64,000 nt of DNA from Nannocystales bacterium (GCA_050633305.1 JBOEGF010000005.1:1-64000), one strand, 5' to 3'; positions 1 through 9,804 are shown, counted from the first letter of the stretch. The notes: generated from the letters alone by a model not told the origin. A program made the numbers and translations.

Positions 1-1146
1 AACTCCGACTACTACATCCCGTCGCAGTTCTTCCTGGGCGTCGCGCACACCCGCGACTTCAAGGGGGAGCCTGCCGTCGACGCGTTCAAGCAGGTCATCC
101 GTCGGTCGGTCGAGCTGCGTGATGCCGCCGCCGCCAACAAGAAGGCCAACAAGAAGAAGCTGCGCAAAGAGAAGCGCGCCAAGGCCAAGAAGAACAAGGG
201 CAAGCGCAAGCGCAAGGACAAGACCAGCTTCGAACTCACGTTCGAAGACGAGATGAAGCAGTACCAGGACCTCGCGTCGCTGGGCCTGGCCAACATCTTC
301 TACATGGTCGGCAAGTTCGACACGGCGACGAAGTACCTCGACCAGATCGACCTGTCCTCGAAGTACTTCCTCGACGGCGTGCACTGGGCTGCATGGGCCG
401 AGTTCCGCAAGGTCGAGGTCGACGACACGAACGCGAACAGCCACTACCAGCGAACGCTGGGCTACGTGCACACGCTCAACGCGCCGTTCTTCTACGACTA
501 CCTGTACCCCGACGCCCTGAAGCTCAAGGCGGTCACGTACTACTTCAACTGTCGCTACGACTCCGCCAAGCGGACCGTCGACGAGTTCGAGCGCCGTTAC
601 CCGGACACGATGAAAGAGCTCCGCTCGATCCTCGATCAGGCTCCGGAAGACTTCGAGTTGTTCGAGCTCTCCCGCAAGATCCTCAACGACGAGTCCGGAC
701 TCGATCCATTCGTCGAGCAGGTCGCTCAGAAGGCGCTCGAGGACAAGACCCTGTCCAAGTACTTCCTCTACGTCGAGGAACTCGAGCGTGAGCAGGTGCT
801 GCTCGAGGAGATGAGCGGTGACTTCATCTCCAGCGGCGTCGGCGAACGCGTGACCGAGGACCTCGATCTTGCGGCTTCGGCTGCGAAGGAGCGGACCGGG
901 TCAGAGGCGCGATCTCGGATCACCAAGCAGATCAAAGAGATCCGAAACCTCAACAAAGAGATGATCAAGGTCGAGTACGAGATTCAGGAGAAGCGCAAGG
1001 AGCAGGGAGAGCTCGAAGCGGTGCCTCCGAAACCTCAGAAGCCGAAGATCGACTCGGAGCACGAGATCTACAACTACAACGGCGAGTACTGGCAGGACGA
1101 GCTCGGCTACTACCGCTACGAGGTCACCAGTCTCTGTAAAGAATAA
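1..1146 (+). CDS. gltC: Gliding motility TPR protein GltC (5' end outside the window)
   Basis: Frame 1 is open from base 1 to TAA at 1146. TPR-like helices; C-terminal IDSEHEIYNYNGEYWQDELGYYRYEVTSLC matches the recalled GltC signature (EH..W.F.GEYW.DELGYY.......C). Directly upstream of gltD. Confidence 0.85.
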   Translation, partial: NSDYYIPSQFFLGVAHTRDFKGEPAVDAFKQVIRRSVELRDAAAANKKANKKKLRKEKRAKAKKNKGKRKRKDKTSFELTFEDEMKQYQDLASLGLANIFYMVGKFDTATKYLDQIDLSSKYFLDGVHWAAWAEFRKVEVDDTNANSHYQRTLGYVHTLNAPFFYDYLYPDALKLKAVTYYFNCRYDSAKRTVDEFERRYPDTMKELRSILDQAPEDFELFELSRKILNDESGLDPFVEQVAQKALEDKTLSKYFLYVEELEREQVLLEEMSGDFISSGVGERVTEDLDLAASAAKERTGSEARSRITKQIKEIRNLNKEMIKVEYEIQEKRKEQGELEAVPPKPQKPKIDSEHEIYNYNGEYWQDELGYYRYEVTSLCKE

Positions 1147-1314
1147 GTCTATCTGAGTCGTCTCCCGTGGCGCGCACGGGGTCCGACTCACTCGGCCTGG
1201 GAACTTTTCCCGGGCCAAACCACTCCCTCGTCGGGAGGGAGGCCCCACTGTCGGGGTTTCGGAAGCTGGCCGCGCTCCATTCAACTTGGGGGCGGCAACG
1301 AGAAGAGGTCCAAG

Positions 1315-4300
1315 ATGTCGTCCAACAACTACAAGTACCGCCGTTCGCCGCTCGCGATCGGGATCATGACCGGGGTCATGGGCATGATGATGCTCAGCGG
1401 TCCCACGACGGCGTTCGCCCAGGATGCAGGCGGCGACGACAGCGTTCGCTACGAGCGCAAATCGGGCAAGGTCAAGGCCAAGAACACGCTCGATACCAAG
1501 TTCAAAAAGAAGCAGAAGGCTGCCGAGAAGGACAAGAAGAAGCAGGTCCAGATGATGGACGCTGCCTCCTTCGCTCGTCAGAAGGAAGCTGTCGCTCAGG
1601 AGATCGCCGACAAGCAGATCGGCACGCTCAAGCGCCTGCTCAAGGCATCCGAGTCCACCGATCCCGAGTATCCGGATCTTCTTTTCCGGCTTGCGGATCA
1701 CTACCTCGACAAGAAGGCCTACTTCGACCTCCAGGCCGGCTCGCTGTACGAAAAGATCTACGCCGCTGAGGAAGCTGGGCAGACCGCCAAGGCGAAGCAG
1801 CTCAAGGCCAGCCAGAAGAAATTCGAGCGCGGCAGCAAAGAAGCTTCGGCCGACGCGGTCAAGATCTACAAGGCCCTTGTCAACGCCAAGGCGTTCGCGA
1901 AGTACAAGCGTCTCGACGAGGCGATCTACTTCTACGCGTTCGAGCTCGGCCAGCTCGGCCGCGACGCCGAGATGCAGGACGCTTACCTGCGCCTCATTCG
2001 GGACTACCCGACCTCGAAGTACATCCCGAACGCTTTCCTGAGCTTCGCGGACTTCAAGTACGGCAACAACAAGATCGACGAGGCGCTTCAGCTCTACCAG
2101 AAGATCGTCGACGGCTATCCCGACAGCCCCGTCTACGCGTACGCGCTCTACAAGATCGGGTGGTGTCACCTCAACCCGATCGGCACCGCCGAGCCCTCGT
2201 ATCGCACCAGCCTCGACTACTTCGTGCGCACGGTGAAGGCGACGCTCTCCGGCAAGGCTGGCAGCGAAGCCAACGCCAAGCAGCTCCGCCGCGACGCTCG
2301 CCGCGACATGGTCAAGGCCTACGTCAACGCTGGCAAGCCTTCGGCTGCATGGGGCTTCTTCCAGAAGGTCGGCAACGGCCCCAAGAAGGAAGAAAACATG
2401 GCCAAGAAGCAGATGGAGCTTCTGGCCAACGCCTACTTCGGCAACGGCAAGTACGTCGAGTCCAGCTCGATCTACAAGACGCTTCAGTCCGAGTACGGCT
2501 CAGATGCCGCGCGCTGCGAGTGGCAGGCACAGGTTGTCGTCAACGCTCTGGCGACCGACAACAAGGCCATCCAGTGGAAAGAGACCGACCGTCTCGCGAA
2601 CTACTGGGAGGAGTACAAGAGCTCCAAGTTCAAGAAGGCCACCAAGAAGAAGTGCCGCGACGAGGCTCGCGACACGATGCGTCAGATGGCCACCGTCTGG
2701 CACGACGAGGCTGAGAAGACCCGTCTGCCGGGTACCTACGACCTGTCCGAGAAGGCGTACCGTGCATTCACGACGCACTTCCCCAAGGACAAGGACGCCT
2801 ACGAGATGCAGTTCTACTTTGCAGAGCTGCTGTGGGCGCAGGGCGCCAACAACTACAACTCGAAGAACCGCGATCAGCAGGAAGCAGGCCTCAAGCACTT
2901 CCGCAACGCGCACGACGAGTTCGTCAAGGTTCTCGAGATCAAGCCTGACGGCAAGTACACGAAGGACGCCGCATACGCCCAGATGCTGGCGATGAAGAAC
3001 GCCCTCGAGTACGACGAGACCGGCGGCAAGAAGAAGGCCTGCAAGACCAACTCGGAAGGCGTTTGTGTCTATCGAGACAAAAAGGTCAAGAAGAAGAACC
3101 GCGACAAGGACACCGCGACCGACAAGGCGCAGGAGTTCCCGGAGTCGGACTACACCGACAACGAAGCCGCGATGCTCACCGCGTACGACATCTATCAGAA
3201 GTACGTGAAGGACGCGAAGGACAAGGAGCTTCCGAAGATCCAGTACCACCGCGCCAAGCTGATGATGGTCCACAACAAGTTCGATGAGGCCGCGCCGGTC
3301 CTCAAAGAGATCGTCAAGAAGTTCGACGGTCAGGTCTACGCGGCATGGGCTGCGGAGATGCTTGTGGACTTGCTCGTGATCCGTTGGACCGACAAGGACA
3401 ACACTCCCGAGCAGACCGTCCAGACGTCGGATGAGCTCGAGAAGTGGGCCACCGACCTCCAGAAGATGAAGCTGTGGAAGCACGCCGAGTCGTCTCGCAT
3501 CCGCGAAGCGATCCCGGGCTACCTCGCGGGCATCGGCTGGAAGAAGGCGATGGCCTACCAGGAGCAGGGCAAAGCTGGCGACCCCGAGGGCTACGTCAAC
3601 TGTGCCGAGACCTTCGTCCAGGTCTACAACGACCACGAGGACCACGAGCGTGCCGACACGCTGCTCTTCAACGCCGCCCGGTGTTACGAAGCTGCATTCC
3701 TGGTCGGCAAGGCGATCAAGATCCGTAGCGCGCTTCTCGATGCGCACACGGACTCCGAGCACTACCAGCAGACGCTGCGCGAGCTTGGGCAGAACTACCA
3801 GGCGGTCGCCTACTACTCCGATGCGGCGGACCGCTACGAGCAGTACGCCGACAAGTACACCAAGGACGACTTCACACCCGAAGCCCTCCAGAACGCGTAC
3901 CTGTTCCGCCTCGGACTCGGCAACGACGAGAAGGCGCAGTCGAACCTCGGCAAGTTCGAGGGTCTGTACCGGAAGAAAGACCCCGGCACTGCCGCCAAGA
4001 TCTTCTGGTCCAAGCACGAGCTGCTCGACAGCGAAGAAGAGAAGCTCTCCCATGCTCGGGAGTTCGTCTCGCGCTACGGCACCAAGGGCGGCGTCGACCG
4101 TCGCGTTGTGGCCGAAGCCGCCATCGGCCAGATCCTCTGGCGCCAGTCCTGCACCAAAACCCTCCTGTTCGATAGCTGCATCAGCATCAAGCGCGAGAAG
4201 GCCAACGCAGGTAAGGACGTCAAGGAGAAGGCTCGGAAGCTTCGTCGCAAGGCGAAGAAGAAGAAAAAGAACGACCTTCCCAAGTTCTGCGGCAACCCGA

Positions 4301-5124
4301 CCCAGGGCATCGTCACCGTGCACGCACGCGACGCCAAGAAGGCGAAGCAGGCACAGGGCCACTTCTCCACCGCGCTGAAGCTGTCGGGCAAGAAGCCCAA
4401 GATGCCGGCCGAAGAGGTCGAGCGCGTCGAGGCGTACAAGAACGCCGTCGGTATGTCGATGGTCTACTCCGCGGACCAGAAGTACGAGGAGTACCTGCAG
4501 AACGTCATGCCTGAGGGCCTCGACTTCACCGTCGAGGAGTGGAAGAAGGACTCGGGTCTTCCCAAATGGGAGCGCGAGTACAAGGCGCAGATGAAGACCG
4601 CTACGGAGTCGAAGAAGCGCTTCAAAGAGTTCTTCGACAAGAAGGTCTCCGTCGCGCTCGAGCTTCAGGAGCGCTACGCGAAGGTGAAGAACTCGCAGAG
4701 CCCGTACTGGGTCCTGGCGGCGGCTGCTCGTTCGGCCATCTCCATGCAGAACTTCGCCGACCAGCTGTACCGCGCCGAGGTGCCTCGCAGCTTCAAGGTC
4801 GAGGACCAGGTCTTCGCCTACTGTGATGCGCTCGCCGACCAGGCTGCCAAGCCTCAGGAGCTTGCGAACAACGCGTTCACCTACTGCCTCGAGCGGTCCA
4901 CCGAGTTCCAGTTCTTCAACGAGTTCAGCCGCATGTGCGAGGCCGAGCTTCAGCAGCGTGACCCGGAAAAGTTCCCGGCCACCGAAGAGCTGTTCGGCAC
5001 GTCCGTCTACACCGACAGCCGTCTGGACGTCATCGGCGTGCAAACCTCGCTTGACGGCGAGAAGCCGAAGGCCAAGAAGAAGCCTGCCAAGTCCGAAGAA
5101 GGGGCCTCCGAAGAGGGCCTCTAG
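1315..5124 (+). CDS. gltD: Gliding motility periplasmic TPR protein GltD/AgmU, 1269 aa
   Basis: Signal peptide ending AFA-Q; many TPRs (YPTSKYIPNAFLSFAD, YPDSPVYAYALYKIGW); N-terminal PDLLFRLADHY and C-terminal YC..L...A....F..CL..S....FFNE.S pattern; size and gltC-D-E-F-G synteny; RBS GAAGAGG. Confidence 0.85.
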   Translation: MSSNNYKYRRSPLAIGIMTGVMGMMMLSGPTTAFAQDAGGDDSVRYERKSGKVKAKNTLDTKFKKKQKAAEKDKKKQVQMMDAASFARQKEAVAQEIADKQIGTLKRLLKASESTDPEYPDLLFRLADHYLDKKAYFDLQAGSLYEKIYAAEEAGQTAKAKQLKASQKKFERGSKEASADAVKIYKALVNAKAFAKYKRLDEAIYFYAFELGQLGRDAEMQDAYLRLIRDYPTSKYIPNAFLSFADFKYGNNKIDEALQLYQKIVDGYPDSPVYAYALYKIGWCHLNPIGTAEPSYRTSLDYFVRTVKATLSGKAGSEANAKQLRRDARRDMVKAYVNAGKPSAAWGFFQKVGNGPKKEENMAKKQMELLANAYFGNGKYVESSSIYKTLQSEYGSDAARCEWQAQVVVNALATDNKAIQWKETDRLANYWEEYKSSKFKKATKKKCRDEARDTMRQMATVWHDEAEKTRLPGTYDLSEKAYRAFTTHFPKDKDAYEMQFYFAELLWAQGANNYNSKNRDQQEAGLKHFRNAHDEFVKVLEIKPDGKYTKDAAYAQMLAMKNALEYDETGGKKKACKTNSEGVCVYRDKKVKKKNRDKDTATDKAQEFPESDYTDNEAAMLTAYDIYQKYVKDAKDKELPKIQYHRAKLMMVHNKFDEAAPVLKEIVKKFDGQVYAAWAAEMLVDLLVIRWTDKDNTPEQTVQTSDELEKWATDLQKMKLWKHAESSRIREAIPGYLAGIGWKKAMAYQEQGKAGDPEGYVNCAETFVQVYNDHEDHERADTLLFNAARCYEAAFLVGKAIKIRSALLDAHTDSEHYQQTLRELGQNYQAVAYYSDAADRYEQYADKYTKDDFTPEALQNAYLFRLGLGNDEKAQSNLGKFEGLYRKKDPGTAAKIFWSKHELLDSEEEKLSHAREFVSRYGTKGGVDRRVVAEAAIGQILWRQSCTKTLLFDSCISIKREKANAGKDVKEKARKLRRKAKKKKKNDLPKFCGNPTQGIVTVHARDAKKAKQAQGHFSTALKLSGKKPKMPAEEVERVEAYKNAVGMSMVYSADQKYEEYLQNVMPEGLDFTVEEWKKDSGLPKWEREYKAQMKTATESKKRFKEFFDKKVSVALELQERYAKVKNSQSPYWVLAAAARSAISMQNFADQLYRAEVPRSFKVEDQVFAYCDALADQAAKPQELANNAFTYCLERSTEFQFFNEFSRMCEAELQQRDPEKFPATEELFGTSVYTDSRLDVIGVQTSLDGEKPKAKKKPAKSEEGASEEGL

Positions 5125-5153
5125 GTTCAACTCGCATCACGAGGAACATCATC

Positions 5154-6575
5154 ATGCGTATCCAAAACATCTTCGGACTCATCGCTCTGTCGGTGGCTCT
5201 GTCCACCGCACCGGGCTGCAAGAAGAAAAACCCTGACACCACCTCGCCAACCGGTGGGCCTGGGGCAGCAACCGACCCGTCGAAGGCTTCGGCCGAGGCC
5301 AAGAAGGCCTTCTCCGACGTGGCCGCGCGCTACGACAAAGCTGCGGCGTCGGGCAAGCTCAGCGCCGGGCAGTGCGAGTCCTTCTCGAAGGACTTCGCGG
5401 CTGTCTACAAGGAGTACGGCACTCAGATGACGATCGCTTGGTTCAACTCCGGTGCTGTGCTCGAAGAGTGCGGCAAGACGGAAGCGGCCGAGAAAATCTA
5501 CGAAGCGATCATCAAGAAGGAGCCCAAGTTCGACCTCGCGTACAACAACTTGGGCGTCATCTACTGGAACCGTAAGAAGGAGAGCAAAGCGCTCGACTAC
5601 TTCAAGCGGGCCGTGGAAGCGAACCCCAAGACCAAGGCTCCGCGGAACAACCTCGCGGCTGCGCTTCGGGATAAGTACTCCAGCGATCCCAAGTCCGACG
5701 ACTTCTCCAAAGCGGAGCGGAACCTTCAGACGGTGCTCGCCGTCGACTCGTCCAACCAGCTCGCCTACGAGAACCTGGCGCGTCTGTACTACGACCGTGG
5801 TCGTCTCAAGGACAAGTCGTACATCCTGCTTGCCGACCTGGTCGTCACGCAGTCCCTGCGGGTGTTCGGAGAGACGGGCGTCGAGAGCCCCGACATCTAC
5901 AACATCAAGGGCCTCATCTTCATGGAGCGCGAGAACCAGGTCGACGCACTCAAGGCGTTCTCCAAGGCGGCGAGCCTCAAGCCCGACCACGCCGACGCGC
6001 ACATGAACATCGCGATGATCTCCATCCGCTTCCGCGACTACGCGCAAGCGGAGAAGAGTCTCAACATCGCGCTCAAGGACTCGCGCCAGAAGAAGAACGT
6101 CGAGACCTTCCTCGGGCTGGGCGTCGCCCAGCGTGGCCTTCGCAAGTACAAGGACGCCGAGAAGTCCTTCAAGAAGGCTTTGGACATGAGCGCGAAGGAT
6201 CCGCGGGCGCTCTACAACCTTGGCGTCCTGTACCAGTCGCACATCGGCCCCGCCAGTGACACGGATGGTCTCAAGGACAACGACACCGCCAAGGGCTACT
6301 TCAACAAGTTCATCAGCAAGGCCGGCAGCAACAAGGAACTCACCGAGTTCGTCGCCGACGCCAAGCAGCGCATCTCGAACATCGAGCAGTTCAAGAAGGA
6401 TGTCGCCGAGATGAAGGCGCTCTTGGAAGAGAGCAATCGGCTGGAGGAACTCCAGAAGAAGCAAGAGGCTGAGGAGCGGAAGCGTCTTCTGGATCTCGAG
6501 AAGAAGGCCCGAGACGCCGCTGCTGGAGCGTCCGCCGCGGCTGCACCGGCCCCACCGGCCGAAGAGAAGAAGTAG
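5154..6575 (+). CDS. gltE: Gliding motility TPR lipoprotein GltE/AglT, 473 aa
   Basis: Lipoprotein signal (TAPGC), TPR repeats (LAYNNLG, ALYNLGVLY), C-terminal coiled coil, RBS GAGGA, position after gltD. Confidence 0.8.
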   Translation: MRIQNIFGLIALSVALSTAPGCKKKNPDTTSPTGGPGAATDPSKASAEAKKAFSDVAARYDKAAASGKLSAGQCESFSKDFAAVYKEYGTQMTIAWFNSGAVLEECGKTEAAEKIYEAIIKKEPKFDLAYNNLGVIYWNRKKESKALDYFKRAVEANPKTKAPRNNLAAALRDKYSSDPKSDDFSKAERNLQTVLAVDSSNQLAYENLARLYYDRGRLKDKSYILLADLVVTQSLRVFGETGVESPDIYNIKGLIFMERENQVDALKAFSKAASLKPDHADAHMNIAMISIRFRDYAQAEKSLNIALKDSRQKKNVETFLGLGVAQRGLRKYKDAEKSFKKALDMSAKDPRALYNLGVLYQSHIGPASDTDGLKDNDTAKGYFNKFISKAGSNKELTEFVADAKQRISNIEQFKKDVAEMKALLEESNRLEELQKKQEAEERKRLLDLEKKARDAAAGASAAAAPAPPAEEKK

Positions 6576-6602
6576 TCGCCGAGTCGGTTCGGCACCACGA
6601 AG

Positions 6603-6635
6603 AAGCGGCGAGCTCTCAGGGCTCGCCGCTTTTTT
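6603..6635 (+). terminator. Intrinsic terminator after gltE
   Basis: AAGCGGCGAGC-N7-GCTCGCCGCTT stem followed by a T run. Confidence 0.85.
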
Positions 6636-6700
6636 CGTGTCTCAGGCGGCGGTGGACTGCGTTCCTCGGGGATCGGCACGCAACGGCTGACAGGTCCGGT

Positions 6701-7975
6701 ATGACAACGGGCATGGCTCGGTGGTTGCTCCTGTGTGGTGTCTGCTGGAGTCTCGGATGCGGGGGCGAGGGGGACGCATCCATGATGGAGACCGGGTCTT
6801 CTTCGGGAGGGCCAAGCACCGGTGCAGAGGAGGGGTCCAGCGGGACGAGCTCGGGCGCCGACTCGGTGACCTCGGCGGGCTCGAGCTCTGGTGCGGCGAG
6901 TGGGTCGACGACCGGAGTACCCGACGACCAGAACACGGATGCGTGTGAAGGCGCGACGATGCGTGCCAAGCCCAACGACACCGCGCTTCGCGGGCCTTGG
7001 CCGGTCGGAGCACGCACGGTCGACATCGGCGGCCGGACTGTCGAGGTATTCTATCCCGCTGCAGAACCGCCCACCGGTGACCCGGTCCGGTTCGATATTC
7101 GCGAGGCGTTGCCGCCCGACGAAGCGGCGAAGATCAACGACGAGCAGAACCCGTGGCAGATCTGCGACTGCGGACGAGACCTCGCAGTCGACGATGCATT
7201 TGGTCCGTATCCGGTGATCCTGTTCGTGCACGGGACCGCCGGGTGGCGCACGCAGTCCCTTCGGCATCTCACCCACTGGGCCAGCCGCGGGTTCGTCGTG
7301 CTGACCGCCGACCACCCGGGGCTCATGCTGCGGGACATTCTCGCTCCGCTTTGCGGCGGGGAAGCTGCCCCGCGAAACCTCAATGCAGACCTCGAAGTGA
7401 TGCTGGCAGCGGTTCGCGGCGAGACCGACGAGCTGAACGACTTCGCATCGGTCATGGACGCCGCCCGCATCGGGATGACCGGGCATTCGGCGGGAGGCTC
7501 CGCAGTGGGACCCTATGGAGAGGACGCGCAGGTGATCGTACCGCTGTCGGCCGGTCCCACCGTGGCTGGCGGCACAGCATTGCAGTCGTCGCTGACCCTC
7601 GGTGGCACCGCGGACTCGGTGGTGGCCTACAGCAACCTGCAGAGCGGGTACGAGGCTTCGGCTTCGCCCAAGCGACTCATCGGCATCTCGAATGCCGGCC
7701 ACCTGGTGCCTTCGGAGATCTGTACGGCCTCGAATGAGGCTGGCCAGAACCTCCTCGAAATCGCTGGTGAGACCGGGGTGTGCGGGGCTGCGGCGGCGGG
7801 CTTCCTGTTCCAATGCAGCGATGACCTACTCGCCGACGAGACCGGCTGGGCCATCGTGGAGTACGCGACATCGGCGGCCTTCGAAGAGACGCTGCACTGC
7901 TCGCCCGTCGGCACCGCAAACCTGGACGTGATGCAGACGCTGTACCCGGACGTGGCTGAGTCGCTTTCCGAGTAG
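6701..7975 (+). CDS. Alpha/beta-hydrolase lipoprotein (dienelactone hydrolase/chlorophyllase/PAF-AH-like); start may be 6713
   Basis: Lipobox SLGC and Ser/Gly/Thr linker; motifs GPWPVG, PVILFVHG, LTHWASRGFVV..ADH, nucleophile GHSAGG, and GTADSVV / NAGH completing a Ser-Asp-His triad. Confidence 0.8.
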   Translation: MTTGMARWLLLCGVCWSLGCGGEGDASMMETGSSSGGPSTGAEEGSSGTSSGADSVTSAGSSSGAASGSTTGVPDDQNTDACEGATMRAKPNDTALRGPWPVGARTVDIGGRTVEVFYPAAEPPTGDPVRFDIREALPPDEAAKINDEQNPWQICDCGRDLAVDDAFGPYPVILFVHGTAGWRTQSLRHLTHWASRGFVVLTADHPGLMLRDILAPLCGGEAAPRNLNADLEVMLAAVRGETDELNDFASVMDAARIGMTGHSAGGSAVGPYGEDAQVIVPLSAGPTVAGGTALQSSLTLGGTADSVVAYSNLQSGYEASASPKRLIGISNAGHLVPSEICTASNEAGQNLLEIAGETGVCGAAAAGFLFQCSDDLLADETGWAIVEYATSAAFEETLHCSPVGTANLDVMQTLYPDVAESLSE

Positions 7976-8081
7976 CCGTTCGAGGGCTTCGGGCCTCGAC
8001 GCCGGTTCGGGCCTTTCGTAGCGAGGTGGTTCCGACCTGCGACGACGGGAACCTGCGCCGCGTCTCGCCGTGTACTGCAGC

Positions 8082-9437
8082 ATGCGACGGTGGGTTTGGG
8101 TCGGGTGGATTTGTACGGCTGTCATGGGGTGCGTCACTGGTGGCCTCGGTCAAAGGGGCTCACAGACCGAAACGTGTCCGGAGCCCTGCCCGACGGTTCG
8201 GGAGATGGAAGACCCCGCGACGTCGTTTCTGCAAGCTCGGGCGGATGGGACGCTGGACGCTGCGAGCTGTCGCAGACACGTCGCCGCGTTCGATCGAGCG
8301 TTCGCACGCACCGGAAAGGCAAAGGACCGCTTCAACGCCGGGGTTGCACTCGAGATGTGCGGGACGCCGAAGCAGGCGGAGGCCGCGTACTTGGACGTTG
8401 TGCGCGTCGACCCTGATTTTGGGCTGGCCTACAACAACCTCGGCACGCTGTCGTACCGGGCGGGTGATGTCGATGAGGCGATTCGTTGGTACCGCCGAGC
8501 TCATCAGCGCGAACCTCGGCTGGTTCCCTCGCGGCTCAACCTCGCCCACATCTCCCGAGCGCGCTACTTGGACTCGGGGGATGTTGCCGATTTCGATCGT
8601 GCGCAGCGTAGCCTTCAAGCGGTACTCGCTCTGCAAAGCGACAACCTCACCGCCTATGAGGGGCTCGCGCGCCTGTACTACGAGCGCGCGGTCGCGGGGG
8701 ACCGGTCGTACCGACTGCTCGCAGATTTGGTCGTGACGCAGGCCCATCGCCGAGCGAACGAGACCGGCCAAGAGTCGGCCGAGCTTTGGAACCTGCAGGG
8801 ACTGCTCGCCCTGGAGGGCGACGAACCGACGCGAGCACTCCGTGCGTTCGAGAAGGCGATCAACCTCGACCCGAAGCATGTCGATGCGCGGCTCAACGCT
8901 GCGCTCCTCGAGTTGGAGCTACGAAACTTCGCCTCCGCTGAACAGAACCTCGAGGCGGTCGCGCTCCTCGCGGCCGGGGGCCGCAAATACGAGGCCGCGG
9001 TCGCTCTTGGCGTTGCGAAACGCGGGACACGTGACTTCGCCGCGGCCGAGCACGCCTATGCTCAGGCGTTCGAACTCGACGACACAGACCCCCGGCCGCT
9101 GTACAACGCCGGCGTCCTCTATCAGGAGCACATTGCCCCCGCGTCCGATGGCAACGGGGTGCAGGAAGGAGAGGTTGCCGCCGCCTATTTCGAGCGCTTC
9201 GCACAGGCCGCGAAGGGCGATCCACGGTACGCCGACGCAGTCGCTGCGTCGCACCATCGGCTTGCGAACCTCGCCGAGTACGCCAGCCTCGTCCACGACC
9301 AGCTCAGGCTCGAGGCTGACGCGGCGAAGCTCGAGGCGGTCCAGCGTGCGCAGGAAGAAGCTCGGCGGAGCGCGCTCCTGGAGATGGAGCGGAAAGCACA
9401 ACGGGCACTCGATGAAGCGGCTGGCGGGGAGCGCTGA
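8082..9437 (+). CDS. Second, diverged GltE-like TPR lipoprotein, 451 aa
   Basis: Lipobox VMGC. Collinear blocks with 5154-6575: LAYNNLG; AYEGLARLYYER vs AYENLARLYYDR; SYRLLADLVVTQ vs SYILLADLVVTQ; DPRPLYNAGVLYQEHIAPASD vs DPRALYNLGVLYQSHIGPASD. Confidence 0.8.
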   Translation: MRRWVWVGWICTAVMGCVTGGLGQRGSQTETCPEPCPTVREMEDPATSFLQARADGTLDAASCRRHVAAFDRAFARTGKAKDRFNAGVALEMCGTPKQAEAAYLDVVRVDPDFGLAYNNLGTLSYRAGDVDEAIRWYRRAHQREPRLVPSRLNLAHISRARYLDSGDVADFDRAQRSLQAVLALQSDNLTAYEGLARLYYERAVAGDRSYRLLADLVVTQAHRRANETGQESAELWNLQGLLALEGDEPTRALRAFEKAINLDPKHVDARLNAALLELELRNFASAEQNLEAVALLAAGGRKYEAAVALGVAKRGTRDFAAAEHAYAQAFELDDTDPRPLYNAGVLYQEHIAPASDGNGVQEGEVAAAYFERFAQAAKGDPRYADAVAASHHRLANLAEYASLVHDQLRLEADAAKLEAVQRAQEEARRSALLEMERKAQRALDEAAGGER

Positions 9438-9622
9438 GCTCTCCTCGCGGCCTGCGGTTTACCCGCCGGGAGACAAGAGTTTCGTCTCGTGTGGTCGCTC
9501 GAGCGGGAGATCGGACGATCGACCGCGCTGAAAACCCGACGCATTGCCGAAACCGTAGTCACGATCGCCGGGGCGGATGCGCAGCGGCACTGCACACTCG
9601 CGATTTCGGCGCTCAGGAGCAG

Positions 9623-9652
9623 TGGACAACGCCCCCGGCCCACAGATACGAT
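9623..9652 (+). promoter_or_regulatory. Candidate sigma70-type promoter for gltF-gltG
   Basis: TGGACA-N18-TACGAT in the 368-bp intergenic region. Confidence 0.4.
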
Positions 9653-9804
9653 GCGCGCGAACGGTGGACTCACCCAGGTGGGCCCGTGGCAGCGTGCCAG
9701 GTCTTGGCGCACTGCCCACCGCTCGTACGGCCGCCACCGGGCACACGACCGACGACCGCCGCGGTCGCAGGTCCCAGAAGCCCAAGTCGAAGTAAGGAAG
9801 ATCC

